From an uncultured Thermoproteaceae archaeon (GTDB lineage: Archaea; Thermoproteota; Thermoprotei; Thermoproteales; Thermocladiaceae), in contig CAZNTG010000003.1 in assembly GCA_964575955.1 (NCBI GenBank), positions 72,662-136,661 of the forward strand: a stretch of 64,000 nucleotides of DNA, given 5' to 3'. The position numbers and the translations under genes were made by a program. Within the stretch, counting starts at the first letter, position 1. Each line of letters begins with the position of its first letter. Below the pieces are notes generated by a model, which ran no database searches, was not told the DNA's origin, and saw only the letters and a program-made list of their open reading frames with translations. This document shows, piece after piece, positions 51,964 to 61,939 of this stretch.

Positions 51964-52992
51964 CTATATACTTCTCAACTCAGTTAAAATTCTATAAACA
52001 AGCTCAATCCACATCTCAACATCATATATATTACACATCTCTACACATGTATGAGTGTACTTACATAGGACACATATTGGTAATGTATGTACATTCAATT
52101 CTTGAAGTTCAAGTGCATCTGTTGTACCTCCTGCAGATGCTATCTGTATAGGTATGTTATTTCTCTTAGCAATATCTACAACCTTCCTCAGAAGTTTCAT
52201 AGAGCATATAAACTCATTATCTAGAATTCTAAGTACAGGACCATTACCCATCTTTGCATCACCTGTAATTACAGGATTACAACATGACATAGTGTCTAGA
52301 ACTAGCACATATCTAGGATTGTAAAGTCTTGAAAGTGCTTTAGCACCTCTAAGACCAATCTCTTCCTGTACAGTCCATGCAAATACAATCTTACCATACC
52401 TATAGCCTTCTCTAGAAAATCTCTCAACAAGTTTTAACAATGTGTAACATCCAACTCTATCATCAATACCTCTACCAACAATTACCTTACCTCTATTCAA
52501 TACTTCAAAAATCTTATGTAGACATGCTGGACATGGAGGTTCAATACCCATATTCTTAACATCCTCTTTAGAATCAACACCAACATCAATATACAAATCA
52601 TACCATGGAACTACCTGTAAATCTCTCTTTAACTGTAGATGTGGTGGTTGTATACATATAACACCCTTAATAACGTTCGAATCATTATAAATTTCAACAA
52701 TTTGATTAACTAAAACTCTATCATCAATACCTCCAACCTTTCTAAATCTAATCTTACCATCATGCTCAACATTAGTAACTAGGAGACCAACCTCATCCAT
52801 ATGTGCACATACTAGAGAAATTACATCACCTTCACCAATCTCAACAATTATATTACCTAGAGAATCTTCAAAATACTTAACATTAAAATTCTCAAGAAAG
52901 TTTATTATAACACTCTTAACAGGATCTTCAAAACCTGAAACACCTCTAGCAGTTATGAGAGTTTTTAAAAGCTCAAAATCTATATCTGACAT
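51964..52992 (-). CDS. M42 (TET) aminopeptidase family
   Basis: GVSGFE, AHMDEVG, DDRVG, QEEIGLRGA, GTTDA, YTH. Confidence 0.93.
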   Translation of the reverse strand: MSDIDFELLKTLITARGVSGFEDPVKSVIINFLENFNVKYFEDSLGNIIVEIGEGDVISLVCAHMDEVGLLVTNVEHDGKIRFRKVGGIDDRVLVNQIVEIYNDSNVIKGVICIQPPHLQLKRDLQVVPWYDLYIDVGVDSKEDVKNMGIEPPCPACLHKIFEVLNRGKVIVGRGIDDRVGCYTLLKLVERFSREGYRYGKIVFAWTVQEEIGLRGAKALSRLYNPRYVLVLDTMSCCNPVITGDAKMGNGPVLRILDNEFICSMKLLRKVVDIAKRNNIPIQIASAGGTTDALELQELNVHTLPICVLCKYTHTCVEMCNIYDVEMWIELVYRILTELRSI

Positions 52993-53030
52993 AGTATAGT
53001 GAGAGAAAACAGGATTATTAAACAGTACAC

Positions 53031-53079
53031 ATGATGAAGAGCGCAGTCACTGAAAATTGATGAAACGACAGAGTGCTGA
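53031..53079 (+). ncRNA. C/D box guide sRNA (first of tandem pair)
   Basis: ATGATGA-agagcgcagtca-CTGA-aaa-TTGATGA-aacgacagagtg-CTGA. Confidence 0.92.
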
Positions 53080-53128
53080 TGATGAGAGGAGTGGTGCCTG
53101 TATAAATGATGATTCAACCCCGTCCTGA
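53079..53128 (+). ncRNA. C/D box guide sRNA (second of tandem pair)
   Basis: ATGATGA-gaggagtggtgc-CTGT-ataa-ATGATGA-ttcaaccccgtc-CTGA; shares one base with the preceding D box. Confidence 0.85.
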
Positions 53129-53336
53129 ATTAGCTATAAATTTTGAAAAAGCTACAAGATACTATATGCTTAAACTTGACATATTTAGAAGTATATTCAC
53201 ATGGATTGGAATTATAAATTTAGTAATATTCATACTATTACTACACTACTACAATTTTAATATTATAGAATTAGAATACTTAACATACATACTCTCACTA
53301 ACATTTATAGCACTTGGAAAGATTGATAAAGATTGA
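53106..53336 (+). CDS. Small membrane hypothetical protein or gene remnant (start uncertain)
   Basis: Two hydrophobic segments; the tracked ATG is the sRNA C' box. Confidence 0.3.
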   Translation: MMIQPRPELAINFEKATRYYMLKLDIFRSIFTWIGIINLVIFILLLHYYNFNIIELEYLTYILSLTFIALGKIDKD

Positions 53337-53374
53337 TATAGAGTTAAATAGAAAAACCATCTAAAAAGTTAATT

Positions 53375-53623
53375 ATGAAAATATTAGTAATATTAACACT
53401 ATCACTCTGTGTAGAATATTTAGTAGATATCTATATACCGTATAGAGATTTGAGTACTAGTCTAATACTAATTACAGGTATATTGAGCTCAATAATACTT
53501 GGATATATATTTCTAATAGAGTGGAAAGTTTGTAAAGTTAAGACTAACCAACGTTCAAAACGTAGAACAATGCTTATAAGGACATGTTCGACATATAGAA
53601 CATGGATGATGTTAAGAGACTAG
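53375..53623 (+). CDS. Small membrane hypothetical protein or gene remnant
   Basis: Two hydrophobic segments; the 3' end runs through the XRE promoter. Confidence 0.3.
   Translation: MKILVILTLSLCVEYLVDIYIPYRDLSTSLILITGILSSIILGYIFLIEWKVCKVKTNQRSKRRTMLIRTCSTYRTWMMLRD
53553..53603 (+). promoter_or_regulatory. Two GTTC-N8-GAAC operator-like repeats flanking a TTATAA box
   Basis: GTTCaaaacgtaGAAC (53553-68), TTATAA (53574-79), ATGTTCgacatataGAACAT (53584-603) overlapping the ATG. Confidence 0.75.
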
Positions 53624-55482
53624 CAAGTTTAATTGGTAAGAGAATACAAACTTTAAGACAACGTAAAGGATTAACACTTTCAGAACTTGCTAAAATTGCA
53701 GGTATTTCTAAATCAACACTTTCAGAAATTGAATCTGGTAAAGTAAATTCAACAATAACGACACTCTGGTCTATAGCTAAAGCTTTAGGTATAACTTTTG
53801 GAGAATTAATACAACCCTTACAGGAAGTCTGTGAAGAAGATGTATGTGTTCAACTTCTCAAAGATGGCTATAATGTAGAGATATACTTAATGAAGATCCG
53901 TAAAGGTGTAACATACATATCAAAACCGCATCCTGAAGGAACTAGAGAACACATCATAGTACTTGAAGGAGAGATGATATGTGGACCTCTAAATAATGCG
54001 AAAATAGTCAAACAAGGGCAACTGATAAGTTTCTATGCAGATAGAACACACATATATGCTACATTAAGCAAAGATTCTAAATGTATAGTAGTGGTAGAGT
54101 ATCCTGAAACGTTCGCTACTCCGAACATAGTACTGAACCTAGATTCTGAACTTAGTGAAGAAGAGATAGTGAAAAACATAGAGAAGAGTATAAGAAGATC
54201 TAAATCAGTACACATACTTCTAAAAAATTCAACAGATAACATATATAGAATATTGGATATTATACGTAGCAAAACTATATCAAAAATTGTAAACATTCAA
54301 AGAGATTGTAATGTAGAGTCTATATTTATATTTAATAGAAACTACATAGGAGATATCAAGTGGATTGAAAAATTGTCAAACTGTAACATAGATATCTTAA
54401 ATAAATATGTACATACTATACATAACATCTTCAAGAGTAGAAATATTTCAAATATATTAAAATCTATAGAGTATGAAAACTGGATTTTCAAATTATTAAT
54501 CTCAGAATATTTAACATTCCTAAATAAACCTAATGTAAACTATTACATATCTAACATACATAACAACATATTAAACATTATGAAATGTTTAAAACAAAGA
54601 TATGAAATACTGTATTCAATACTTGAGATAATACGTCCAGGATACGTTAGACCATATCTACTAATTCTACCCTACATATTGAATATTTTAGAGAAAGGTA
54701 GAGAAGTTAGAATATTACATATCGATAATTCGATATACTCATCTAAGCTTATTCTAAGTTTAATACCTGAAAAATATGTAAATAAGATTAGTATAGTACA
54801 CGTATGCTTAGATAGAGATTTAATAACACTTTTAGAAGGTATGTATAAAGATTTTAATAATACTATACAACTTTGCTATAATATTGACATTAAGGATAGG
54901 TATGACTTAGTAGTGTGTAGATATGATGCGTGTAATGTAGATCTTAATAATTTATTAAACGCAGTTAATGATAAGTTAAGTAGTAATTGTAGCTTTATAG
55001 TCTATGGTAATTTTATAAGTAATAATTTGGATGAGCATAGTGTTATTAAGAGTATAGTTATAAACTACCTAACATACATTGTAGATAGTTTAGTAGATTT
55101 AGATACTAATGACTTATCAAGTATTGAGAGGAAAATTATTATGCTTGTAAAGATTTGTAGTGTAGATTCTCTACATTACATACTTTCAGGAAGGTTTTAT
55201 AGAGGATTAACATATTTCTTGAAGTGTTGTAAAGAGATTGTAGATTTATTGAATAAATATGATCTTAATTTCAGAGATGTTAATTTTATACATTACATAT
55301 ATTCTATGTTGGAAATTTTATTGTTAAGGAGTAGAATATCTAACATTGAATATCAGTATTTCTCTATTAATGACATTGTCTATAGATTTGGAGTTTATGG
55401 TTTTAGAGTGTATGAATCTTTCAAAGTTTATGAAACTTATGTTGATAATGGTATGTATGTAATAGTTTTTAGATATTTATGA
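53602..55482 (+). CDS. XRE HTH-cupin regulator fused to a long, possibly degenerate methyltransferase-like region
   Basis: LTLSELAKIAGISKSTLSEIESG; cupin PHPEGTREH..H; later RILHID..RYDLVV..FIV pattern. Confidence 0.85.
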   Translation: MDDVKRLASLIGKRIQTLRQRKGLTLSELAKIAGISKSTLSEIESGKVNSTITTLWSIAKALGITFGELIQPLQEVCEEDVCVQLLKDGYNVEIYLMKIRKGVTYISKPHPEGTREHIIVLEGEMICGPLNNAKIVKQGQLISFYADRTHIYATLSKDSKCIVVVEYPETFATPNIVLNLDSELSEEEIVKNIEKSIRRSKSVHILLKNSTDNIYRILDIIRSKTISKIVNIQRDCNVESIFIFNRNYIGDIKWIEKLSNCNIDILNKYVHTIHNIFKSRNISNILKSIEYENWIFKLLISEYLTFLNKPNVNYYISNIHNNILNIMKCLKQRYEILYSILEIIRPGYVRPYLLILPYILNILEKGREVRILHIDNSIYSSKLILSLIPEKYVNKISIVHVCLDRDLITLLEGMYKDFNNTIQLCYNIDIKDRYDLVVCRYDACNVDLNNLLNAVNDKLSSNCSFIVYGNFISNNLDEHSVIKSIVINYLTYIVDSLVDLDTNDLSSIERKIIMLVKICSVDSLHYILSGRFYRGLTYFLKCCKEIVDLLNKYDLNFRDVNFIHYIYSMLEILLLRSRISNIEYQYFSINDIVYRFGVYGFRVYESFKVYETYVDNGMYVIVFRYL

Positions 55483-56138
55483 TGTTTAGAGAATATTTGT
55501 ATGGTTTGAGAGATTCTTTAACAATAGTTGTTGGTTATATTCCTGTAGCTGTTGTATTTGGATTATCTGCTATTGCTTCAGGATTTACATTTTTTGAAAC
55601 TATTATAACATCTATGTTAATATTTGCTGGTATGAGTCAATTTATTCTTATAAATATGATTAATATCTCTCCAATCTATGCTATAATTCTTGCATCATTA
55701 GTAAATCTTAGACATATTGTTTATGGTTATGCACTATCTCGAAAATGTAGTATTAGTAAGAAGATTTTAGTAGCATTTGGATTAACTGATGAAGTTTATG
55801 CATTATCAATATGTAGAGAAAAATTGACAGAACACTACATTATTGGTTTAATTACAGGAGCATACACATCATGGGTATCAGGTACAGTTCTCGGAACACT
55901 TATTGGAAATGTATTATTGAAAATAATGTTTATATCAAATTTAAAGTTTATATTAATAGCATTATTTATATCAATACTAGTACTATATATAGAAAATGTT
56001 AAAGATATAATCTTAATATTATTAATATCATCACTATCAGCAATACTATACATGTTTAATATAGGAGAAATCTCACCACTAATTTCACCAATAATTGCAC
56101 TAATTCTAGAAAAAATATACAAATGTAGGACAATATGA
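55479..56138 (+). CDS. azlC: AzlC family amino acid exporter
   Basis: IFAGMSQF, VNLRHIVYG, FGLTDEVYA. Confidence 0.92.
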   Translation: MMFREYLYGLRDSLTIVVGYIPVAVVFGLSAIASGFTFFETIITSMLIFAGMSQFILINMINISPIYAIILASLVNLRHIVYGYALSRKCSISKKILVAFGLTDEVYALSICREKLTEHYIIGLITGAYTSWVSGTVLGTLIGNVLLKIMFISNLKFILIALFISILVLYIENVKDIILILLISSLSAILYMFNIGEISPLISPIIALILEKIYKCRTI

Positions 56139-56482
56139 TAAATATAATACACATAATAGCTATAGTAATTGTTGCAATAATAACATACTTAGCAAGATAC
56201 ATACCACTTAAACATGGAGAAAAACTTACTCACAGCAATGAAATTAGTAGAATATTGAGAAGTTGTACGATAGCAATCATAACAAGCTTAATAATAATAT
56301 CAATACTACCAACATATGAAAAACTCGAAATCTCTAAAGCAATACCACTAACAATAAGCATACTAGCAATAGTACTAACATCTAGAAAAATAAATAATAT
56401 AGGTATACTAACAATAATAGGATTTATAATCTATACACTTATTAGAATACTTTTAGAACTAGAAATCAGTATTAGTAGCTAG
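56135..56482 (+). CDS. azlD: AzlD family membrane protein
   Basis: ITYLARYIPL motif; overlaps the azlC stop. Confidence 0.8.
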   Translation: MINIIHIIAIVIVAIITYLARYIPLKHGEKLTHSNEISRILRSCTIAIITSLIIISILPTYEKLEISKAIPLTISILAIVLTSRKINNIGILTIIGFIIYTLIRILLELEISISS

Positions 56483-56526
56483 AAAGTATGGTAAGATTTT
56501 TAATGTAACACATTATCCATTAGTTA

Positions 56527-57447
56527 ATGTTACATGTTATCGATGTAAGTGCTGGGTACTATGGAAGCTGTGTATTGTATGATATTAATGTTGAATTTAG
56601 TAAGGGTTTACACTTCATAATTGGCCCTAACGGTTCTGGAAAGTCCACATTACTTAGAGTTACATCCGGCATATTAATTCCGTGGAAAGGTGATGTTCTT
56701 TTAAATGGCTATTCTATATTTCGTAATCCACGTCTCAAGCGTTATATTGGGTATATGCCTCATGGCGTTGGACTCCTTCCTCACCTGACGGTAAGAGATA
56801 ACTTTTTGTTATACGCTGAACTTGTCGGATTAACTGATAGATCATTCATAAAGTCTCGTATACAGGAACTTTGTGAAATTTTCAAACTTTGGGATATTAT
56901 TGATAAGAGAGTTGCAGAACTTAGCCATGGACAGAGAGTTAGAGCCGGTATTGCACGTACACTTATACATGATCCAGATGTTATTATATTAGACGAACCA
57001 ACATCAGGTCTTGATCCATATTTTGCTATCGAGGTTCTTAACCTACTTTCAAATATTTCAAAATCTAAGGTAGTAATAGTTACTACACACTCACTTAATG
57101 ATTTAAGGACATGTAGACATGCATCAATCGTATTGCTACATAGAGGTAAGGTAATGTTTAAAGGCAACTTTTCCGAACTTGTGAACAAGTTTAAGCCAAA
57201 GCGTAAATTCATTATTCAATTTAGAGGCAGTCTCTCTAAATTATATAGGTGTCTTAGTGAAATTAATCTAGAACCAAGCAGTGTAGATGAGAATCTTCTC
57301 ATAATTGAGACTGACCAATATGACATAGACATACTTCTACTTGTAAACAGATTAACGAATTGTGGTATAGTTGTTGAAAATGTTAGAGAGGATCAGGAGT
57401 ATGTTATGCATAATATTATAAAGATGTTAATCTCAAAGCAGTTATGA
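56527..57447 (+). CDS. ABC transporter ATP-binding protein (export type)
   Basis: GPNGSGKST, LSHGQ, ILDEPTSGLD, TTH. Confidence 0.93.
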   Translation: MLHVIDVSAGYYGSCVLYDINVEFSKGLHFIIGPNGSGKSTLLRVTSGILIPWKGDVLLNGYSIFRNPRLKRYIGYMPHGVGLLPHLTVRDNFLLYAELVGLTDRSFIKSRIQELCEIFKLWDIIDKRVAELSHGQRVRAGIARTLIHDPDVIILDEPTSGLDPYFAIEVLNLLSNISKSKVVIVTTHSLNDLRTCRHASIVLLHRGKVMFKGNFSELVNKFKPKRKFIIQFRGSLSKLYRCLSEINLEPSSVDENLLIIETDQYDIDILLLVNRLTNCGIVVENVREDQEYVMHNIIKMLISKQL

Positions 57448-58172
57448 GTTTCACTAGATTGTATAGGTGGTTTCTAAAAAGGTTATTGATAGAAGATGCT
57501 CACTCATTGCTACTTTCAATACTCATATCAATACTACTGCTTATATTTTTAAGTATGCAATACGTAAAGACTATCTCTCGCCTGATTAAGTTTCTCGGTA
57601 CTGCAGGTGTTGTATCAAATGTTGCTCTTGGAATAGGTACATTAATGGGATTTCTGGCCTCAGTAGCCGTTAGTACAATTGCTTCAGGTATGTTGTTTAA
57701 AGATAGGTCATCAAAATTTATTGAGATAATATTAGCAGCACCATTCAGTTATAGAGAATATTTAGTATCTCTCACATTGAGTATGATATCTCTAGGAGTG
57801 ATTATTAATATCATGATGACTATAGTGTATATATGTGCGATAGTGACTTTCTCATATAACCTACTTACAGTTATGACGAACTACCTAATATATATTGTAT
57901 CCTTACTAATAACTATAATAACGTCCCTACTCATAGTAATTGTAAATTTAGCTTTACTGAGAATAGTTAGAAGACTACGAATTAGTGGTTTAGTATCGAC
58001 ATTACCATCCATCATAATATACTTAGCGATCATATTTCTAGTGAGACCATTTCACACGCATACAACACTCTGGCCCGTATTAACTACACTAATAATATCC
58101 ACAGCAATTGTAATTGCAGTATTAATAATCTTAATACTAAAACTAATAAAGCCTGATACATTACTAACGTGA
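57444..58172 (+). CDS. ABC-2 type permease
   Basis: About six TM helices and DRSSKFIEIILAAP; overlaps the ATPase stop. Confidence 0.8.
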   Translation: MSFTRLYRWFLKRLLIEDAHSLLLSILISILLLIFLSMQYVKTISRLIKFLGTAGVVSNVALGIGTLMGFLASVAVSTIASGMLFKDRSSKFIEIILAAPFSYREYLVSLTLSMISLGVIINIMMTIVYICAIVTFSYNLLTVMTNYLIYIVSLLITIITSLLIVIVNLALLRIVRRLRISGLVSTLPSIIIYLAIIFLVRPFHTHTTLWPVLTTLIISTAIVIAVLIILILKLIKPDTLLT

Positions 58173-58405
58173 CCTTACCTAGCATTAGTTTCTGATAATA
58201 ATCATCCTATAGTCTTGCTTAATTTTCGTTGATTTCTAATGTTTTTCGATCAGGACATAGCTAATCTAATAATTTTTCATCTCCCTCATAGTTATGCTAT
58301 ATTAAATACATGGTATGCATATTGTAGGAATTATCCTCGCTAAATTCAATATAATCTATCGTGAAAAGTATTTCTAAAGAGCTTCAGTAAAGAGAAAGCT
58401 TTGCT

Positions 58406-59566
58406 ATGTCTAGCAAGAGTCAGCAAGATCATCTTATCTTGAGGAATATATTGCTAATTCAAGGTGTTGGTTTTATCAAGGGTATGATTCACTCATTTAT
58501 TTCATGGTTTCTACCAATACTAGTCATGAGATGCTTAGGTTCCATAGTTTTTTCACTTGTTTTTACAATGAGATTTGTAATGTTTTTTTCACATTTACTT
58601 GGAGGTTATTTAGCAGATCTTAGTAGAAAGTGGACTCTTACTTTATCAGATGCTCTTCTAATGTTGTTTCTATTTTGTTTACTTTCATTTCATGGTAGTG
58701 CTGTTGATCTATTATTTCTAGTATTTCTTTGGTATTTTTATTATGCCCTTCCGACAGCTGCTGCTCAGCTGCTTAGGATGGAGTCCGTACCAAGTAGATG
58801 GAGAGGAAAGATTTTAACTATAGCACCTGCATTGACAACAACCTCATACGCGGTTGGTTCAATAATCTTTGGCTACATTTACACAGTGTGCGGTTTTATA
58901 CTTCTACTACAGGTAATGCTCATACTTGCATTTATTGCACTTATATCGAGAATCTTCTTAATTGAAACAACTCATAGAAAGCGAGGTAGGTCTGAATACT
59001 TTAAAGAAGTGTTTTTATTAATTAAGGATAGAAGTTATGTATGGTTTGTAATTACTGCACTATTTATAGGAATAGCGCTTAATGCCAAGGTATTTCTATC
59101 GCCATATATGAAAAATGTGTTAAAACTCAATATAATGACAATTGCAACATTCTACGCGTTGTTTGATGTGATAAGTGCAGTTGGTTCAATATATCTAGGT
59201 CATGTACTTGATGTTCATAGATATGAGATACCTAGAGTTTTTGCTCTATATCTTCTAATCGATAGTATGGTGATAACACTAGCTATGATCTTATCAACTA
59301 TAAATCCAATACTGATTTCTATTATTGCAATATCTGAAGTAATATCATCGACATATTTTGCAGCAATTAGCCTATATGTAGATGAGCGTTATAGAAATGT
59401 TAAGGGAATAGCTCTAATGAGTGCAAGGGCGTTAGTTGACCTAGCTGCATTTACAAGACCAATAACAGGTTTGTTATGGACCTATAGTCCACAACCTGCA
59501 ATAATACTAACAACAACAATACCGCTTACAGCAGCAGCAATGATACTACGAACAAAGATGAGATAG
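58406..59566 (+). CDS. MFS transporter
   Basis: GGYLADLSRK motif A, ESVPSRWRGK, about 12 TM helices. Confidence 0.88.
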   Translation: MSSKSQQDHLILRNILLIQGVGFIKGMIHSFISWFLPILVMRCLGSIVFSLVFTMRFVMFFSHLLGGYLADLSRKWTLTLSDALLMLFLFCLLSFHGSAVDLLFLVFLWYFYYALPTAAAQLLRMESVPSRWRGKILTIAPALTTTSYAVGSIIFGYIYTVCGFILLLQVMLILAFIALISRIFLIETTHRKRGRSEYFKEVFLLIKDRSYVWFVITALFIGIALNAKVFLSPYMKNVLKLNIMTIATFYALFDVISAVGSIYLGHVLDVHRYEIPRVFALYLLIDSMVITLAMILSTINPILISIIAISEVISSTYFAAISLYVDERYRNVKGIALMSARALVDLAAFTRPITGLLWTYSPQPAIILTTTIPLTAAAMILRTKMR

Positions 59567-59793
59567 AGCTAAGTACAAATTCTATTATCCTAAATGTATA
59601 CTAACCTACAGATCGCTAGACTAAGTATTTAATAAAAATTATTTACATAATTCTTCACTTTTTCATAAGACTTCCCAAATATTTAGATCCCTGGATTAAT
59701 TATAACAATATTTGTATCACTAAGGGTATAGCAACGGAATTGATATGATGTTATCTATTGTAAAGTTAAGACATTAATGTATACTTTTGTCTT

Positions 59794-59819
59794 CTTTTGG
59801 TGGGGTGCCCCACCAAAAG
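59794..59819. repeat. Perfect GC-rich inverted repeat
   Basis: CTTTTGGTGGGG-TG-CCCCACCAAAAG. Confidence 0.8.
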
Positions 59820-59996
59820 GTAGTTTAAACACCTACAACTATATCTTATATTTTTCAATTTTGCGTACGGTACAGATGTTGTTCTCCATGTGCGGTACTT
59901 GCGGTACATTTTCAATTTTTCTAGTTTTTCTTCCTTCTTTCACTATATTGTTCTGAAAGTTCTCTTTAAATCTTGAATCTGCAGTATCTACTCTAT

Positions 59997-60323
59997 ATGG
60001 AGAGTCTTGACTCAACTATCAGGAGATTGCATTCAGATGTTATGTATGATTTTCTGAGTAATGCTTGTTCTGATATTGATAGAGATAGTGTTATATCGTG
60101 TATTAGTGATGTCTTGTCAAAACATGGATTTACTATTAGTAGATGTACACTACTATCTATAGATGGAGAAGTTGTTCAAAGTCCTGAATTTGCAAGATAT
60201 GTTAGAGTTGAAGCAAGACATCCAGATACTGGAAACATATCTCACATATTTACTTTCGCTATAATTCGAAGAAGAGATAAGTATGACGTTCTATATCTTC
60301 AATCTGCAGTTATTGTTAAATGA
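59997..60323 (+). CDS. Hypothetical protein
   Basis: ATG 32 nt after TTTAAA; the stop lies inside a C box. Confidence 0.65.
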   Translation: MESLDSTIRRLHSDVMYDFLSNACSDIDRDSVISCISDVLSKHGFTISRCTLLSIDGEVVQSPEFARYVRVEARHPDTGNISHIFTFAIIRRRDKYDVLYLQSAVIVK

Positions 60324-60369
60324 TGATAGCGTCCCGTTACAGATAGATGAAGAAGACAACCGGTACTGA
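60320..60369 (+). ncRNA. C/D box guide sRNA, probably targeting 23S rRNA just 3' of the sarcin-ricin loop
   Basis: ATGATGA-tagcgtcccgtta-CAGA-tag-ATGAAGA-agacaaccggta-CTGA; the D guide is complementary to UACCGGUUGUC. Confidence 0.88.
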
Positions 60370-60373
60370 TAAT

Positions 60374-61921
60374 CTATGTACAGTAGTATTCTAAATCTTC
60401 TTCTAAAGCATCTCTAAGCATTCTTAAACTCTCTAATAAATCATTTAAACTTCTAATAACAAGATCTATCTTATAACCCTTCTCACCCCTTCCATCAGAA
60501 CTTATTAACTCTCTCTTAAACTCCTCAACCTTCAATATATACCTATTAACAACTTCAATACATTTCAAAAGTTCATCCTTACTATTTAAAAATCTTGGTC
60601 TAATTGGTAATTTCACATCATCAATATATATCCATTTAAACTGACTCTCTTTCAAAACTCTTGATAATGGTGTTGCCTCTTCAAAAATGTATGGATTTGT
60701 ACGTAGTAGATATGTATTAAATGACCATTCAAGAGCACCTTCAATATTCTCTTCAATATCTTCAGCATTTGACCAGGGAGTTGCAAGTATGACATACATA
60801 GTCCACTTAACATTACTCTTAGATAATTCTTTTAGACAATTTTCAACAACATTTCTATCATAACCTCTAGAGCTTCTATATAGATCTCTATTACTAAAAT
60901 GTTCTATACCTACATCAACTATAAGCTTACTCTCCATACTTGGACATATTTTTCTAACAATCTTCAATATTGTTGAGACATATTCAGGTCTTGTTTGAAA
61001 TTTTAATGATGATAATACTTTATCTAAACCTCTATTGACAATCTCTTCAAGAAGTAGTTTAAAGTTATGTGGAGTTAAACAATCATCAACAATTACAACA
61101 CTAAATCTTTCAGCATTTTTAATTCTAGTGAATAGATTGTATGCATTTTCTATCTCATTAACAGCTCTCTTATAGTTGAAGTATGTTAACCTTGGTTTAA
61201 TTATCTTTTCAAAAGTATCTTTACCATACTCTTCAACATATCTTAAGACTTGTTCTCCAATACTACAATATATGCATGGATTTCTAAAATATTTTGGACA
61301 TGATGCAAGACTACATAAGATTGGAAATAGTATTGAACCATCTTCAACATAGTTTTCAGGATTCATATCAAATTTTTCAATATTCCAAGATATTGTTGGT
61401 AATTCTCTAGGATCAGGGACTATATCTAACTTGTTTAGTATAATTTCACCATTAGTGTCAATATATCCAACACTCTCTAAATCACCTATAGGATCACCTC
61501 TATCTATCTTGTCTAGAATTTTTATCATTGGTCTTAATGATTGACCATGAACACCTCTCAATATTGCATATGGTTTAAATATTTTTAAATATTCAACAGG
61601 AAAGCATGTTGGTCCCCAACCACCTATTATTATTGGAATATCATTTCTCAATCTCCTAATAATGTTCACTAGTATTAAGTCGTTGTGAATATACATCTTA
61701 TATGATGATAATGCAACAACATCAGCCCATTCTAAGTATTGTTTAATATCTTCTTCAAGTTTTTCAATATCTAAGTTATTTCTATCAACATCATAGTATA
61801 GATTTACGTCAAATATCTTAACTCTATGATTTGAATTTTCTAATATATACTCACCAATGAGTATTAAGTTTAGATAAAGATCAACTTCACCATGTAGTGA
61901 TGGTAGTAGTAATATATTCAT
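60374..61921 (-). CDS. B12-binding domain radical SAM protein with CX7CX2C motif
   Basis: PIIIGGWGPT, CPKYFRNPCIYC, VDDCL, VGIEH. Confidence 0.85.
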   Translation of the reverse strand: MNILLLPSLHGEVDLYLNLILIGEYILENSNHRVKIFDVNLYYDVDRNNLDIEKLEEDIKQYLEWADVVALSSYKMYIHNDLILVNIIRRLRNDIPIIIGGWGPTCFPVEYLKIFKPYAILRGVHGQSLRPMIKILDKIDRGDPIGDLESVGYIDTNGEIILNKLDIVPDPRELPTISWNIEKFDMNPENYVEDGSILFPILCSLASCPKYFRNPCIYCSIGEQVLRYVEEYGKDTFEKIIKPRLTYFNYKRAVNEIENAYNLFTRIKNAERFSVVIVDDCLTPHNFKLLLEEIVNRGLDKVLSSLKFQTRPEYVSTILKIVRKICPSMESKLIVDVGIEHFSNRDLYRSSRGYDRNVVENCLKELSKSNVKWTMYVILATPWSNAEDIEENIEGALEWSFNTYLLRTNPYIFEEATPLSRVLKESQFKWIYIDDVKLPIRPRFLNSKDELLKCIEVVNRYILKVEEFKRELISSDGRGEKGYKIDLVIRSLNDLLESLRMLRDALEEDLEYYCT

Positions 61922-61939
61922 AAATTTTTAACTTTTTAA

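Noticed and set aside
58173-58405. Possible decayed minus-strand gene
   Set aside because: Multiple stops and no recognisable motif, so it cannot be supported.
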